A stretch of 64,000 nucleotides of DNA, from positions 84,444,001-84,508,000 of the forward strand of contig NC_135879.1 in the NCBI RefSeq assembly GCF_964194155.1, given 5' to 3'. The stretch's first letter is position 1. The number at the start of each line of letters is the position of its first letter. The translations under genes and the position numbers were made by a program. Of the stretch, positions 62,391 through 64,000 are shown in pieces. This DNA comes from Cetorhinus maximus. Taxonomy: Eukaryota. Under the pieces are notes generated by a model. The model was given only the letters and a program-made list of their open reading frames with translations. It did no database searches and was not told where the DNA came from.

Positions 62391-63120
62391 GGACTAGAAT
62401 TTCCTATCAAAATAATGGTGTGGCTAAAGTGCCAACTTTTATTTATGCTAATAAGGTAAAGCAACTTAAGAAAAGGAACACATGTGCAGCTAAATTTCAA
62501 AGTCCAAAAGTTGCAATCTGAGTTGCACTGTTCACTGTCAGTTTCTTGAAAATTACATTTGACTGTCTTCCTTACCATTGAACTGCACTGAATGTTGTGG
62601 AGTTGCTGTATTTGCACAGTAGATACAAAATAGGTATTTAGAGCTAGTAATTAGTAGTGCAAATACCTTTTTAACAACATGATAATTGTTAGTTACTACC
62701 AATAATTCTCTCTGATATTGAAAATTATACCATTACAAGTCTAGAATTTCATTCCTTCAAGGTTTTGAACTTTTCAAGAAGATTTTAAAAACATCAAATT
62801 TTTACATCAAATGTTTTATCTTCCTTAGCCTTTCTGTATCTTAATCCATTTTTTTCTTCCCCTTTATTTCTCTTCTCATACCTGGTTTTATATGGAATTC
62901 ATGCTCCTCAGTCCTTCCTTTATTTACTTCCCAACTCTTAAATCTGATTGGTTCAGACTGATTGAATGGAAACGTTTTATTCCTTTCTCCTTCGGTTGTA
63001 TATCTTAAATGCACCTAAGCTTCCGCTAAAATGCTGGAGTTTCTTTCTATGACATTATGGGCATGAACTCCAAACTTGCAGACAACTTGATGACATCTCT
63101 TTTGCTGCTAAAAATCAGCT
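62391..63120. mobile_element. Old non-autonomous DNA transposon
   Basis: 62395-62530 is homologous to the reverse complement of 45880-46022; ends ggactagaatttc / aaaaatcagctc. Confidence 0.45.
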
Positions 63121-64000
63121 CTTACAATATATGTTCTTGGCTCATCACTATTATGCAGAGCAATTGCTAGCTTCCATGGATTTTGTTGGGTATATTCATT
63201 TTAATTATGTGTCCTGGCAGTAATCATTTTAAAAGGTGAAATCCTCATGGTGTTTCATTTGTTTAGTTTAGTTGTATTGAGATCATTGTGAACAGTTTGT
63301 GATTTGTGGTCATTCTGAGGTGTAAAGTGTTGTTATCATTCTACAGCACGTCAACCATTATGCTGGTGGCACTGCACCATTTCCAAGTGTGCCATGACCA
63401 TCCAGTTTGGATAAATGTTTGTGATAACCTTCTGCTTTCTTTAACAAGTTTATCGAGATAGGCTTTTAACTTTCCCATTTGAGTGTGAGTGCTTTGATGA
63501 CAATGTTACGTTTTTGAATCTGTATGCTTTGCCAAATGTTCAGCATTCCACACTTGTAAACTGGGAGAAACGGAAGCCACTTCATCTGCAATACTGTATC
63601 TAGCAAATTGTAGCTTGCTATGTGCAATCACGTTTGATTGGTATTGGTTAACTTACTGAGTTTTAATAGAAATTGTAGACCCGTCTATGATGACTGAATG
63701 TTGCTTTCAATGATTTTTTTTTTCATGATCTGCTTGGAAAGCCATATGCTTTAATTGACCCGACAGACTTTCTTTCTGTGAGTGTTACATGTTGGACATC
63801 AGTTACTCACATCTGCAATTTGTGCTGATTAAGCTCAATCAAAGATGTGATCAAAGCATGTGTGATAGCAGTACAAAACCCCTCTGTGAAACCTCCTAGA
63901 TTTTTTAGCTCCTTGGCAGCTTTCCATTTGTTTTAATCAAGTTGGCAAACAAATGAACTTTGTGACTTTGAAGAGAAGCCCTCCTTCAACAGTCAAATCT

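Overview
Eukaryotic, vertebrate non-coding DNA. The repeat families (CR1 LINEs with ATTCTRTG tails, Deu-domain and tRNA-derived SINEs, Penelope-type termini) point to a cartilaginous fish (shark). I recognise no host protein-coding gene: the ORFs I can recognise in the supplied track are transposon-derived, and the rest look like chance frames. The window is a mosaic of nested mobile elements: several CR1 LINEs (one near full length), two copies of a second CR1/L2-group LINE family, an L2 remnant, a 5'-truncated Vingi-like LINE with an unbroken frame, PIF/Harbinger derivatives carrying decayed spliced Myb/SANT genes, a hairpin-rich ~650-700 bp Harbinger-type MITE family with TTA target duplications, LTR remnants, and short Penelope-derived elements with hammerhead-ribozyme-like cores. 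AT-rich unique stretches between them may be conserved non-coding elements. There is a 200-N assembly gap at 19338-19537. I see no convincing wholly new system; the best leads are the hammerhead-bearing mini-elements, the multi-hairpin MITE and the Vingi copy. Element boundaries were read by eye and are approximate unless a TSD is quoted.
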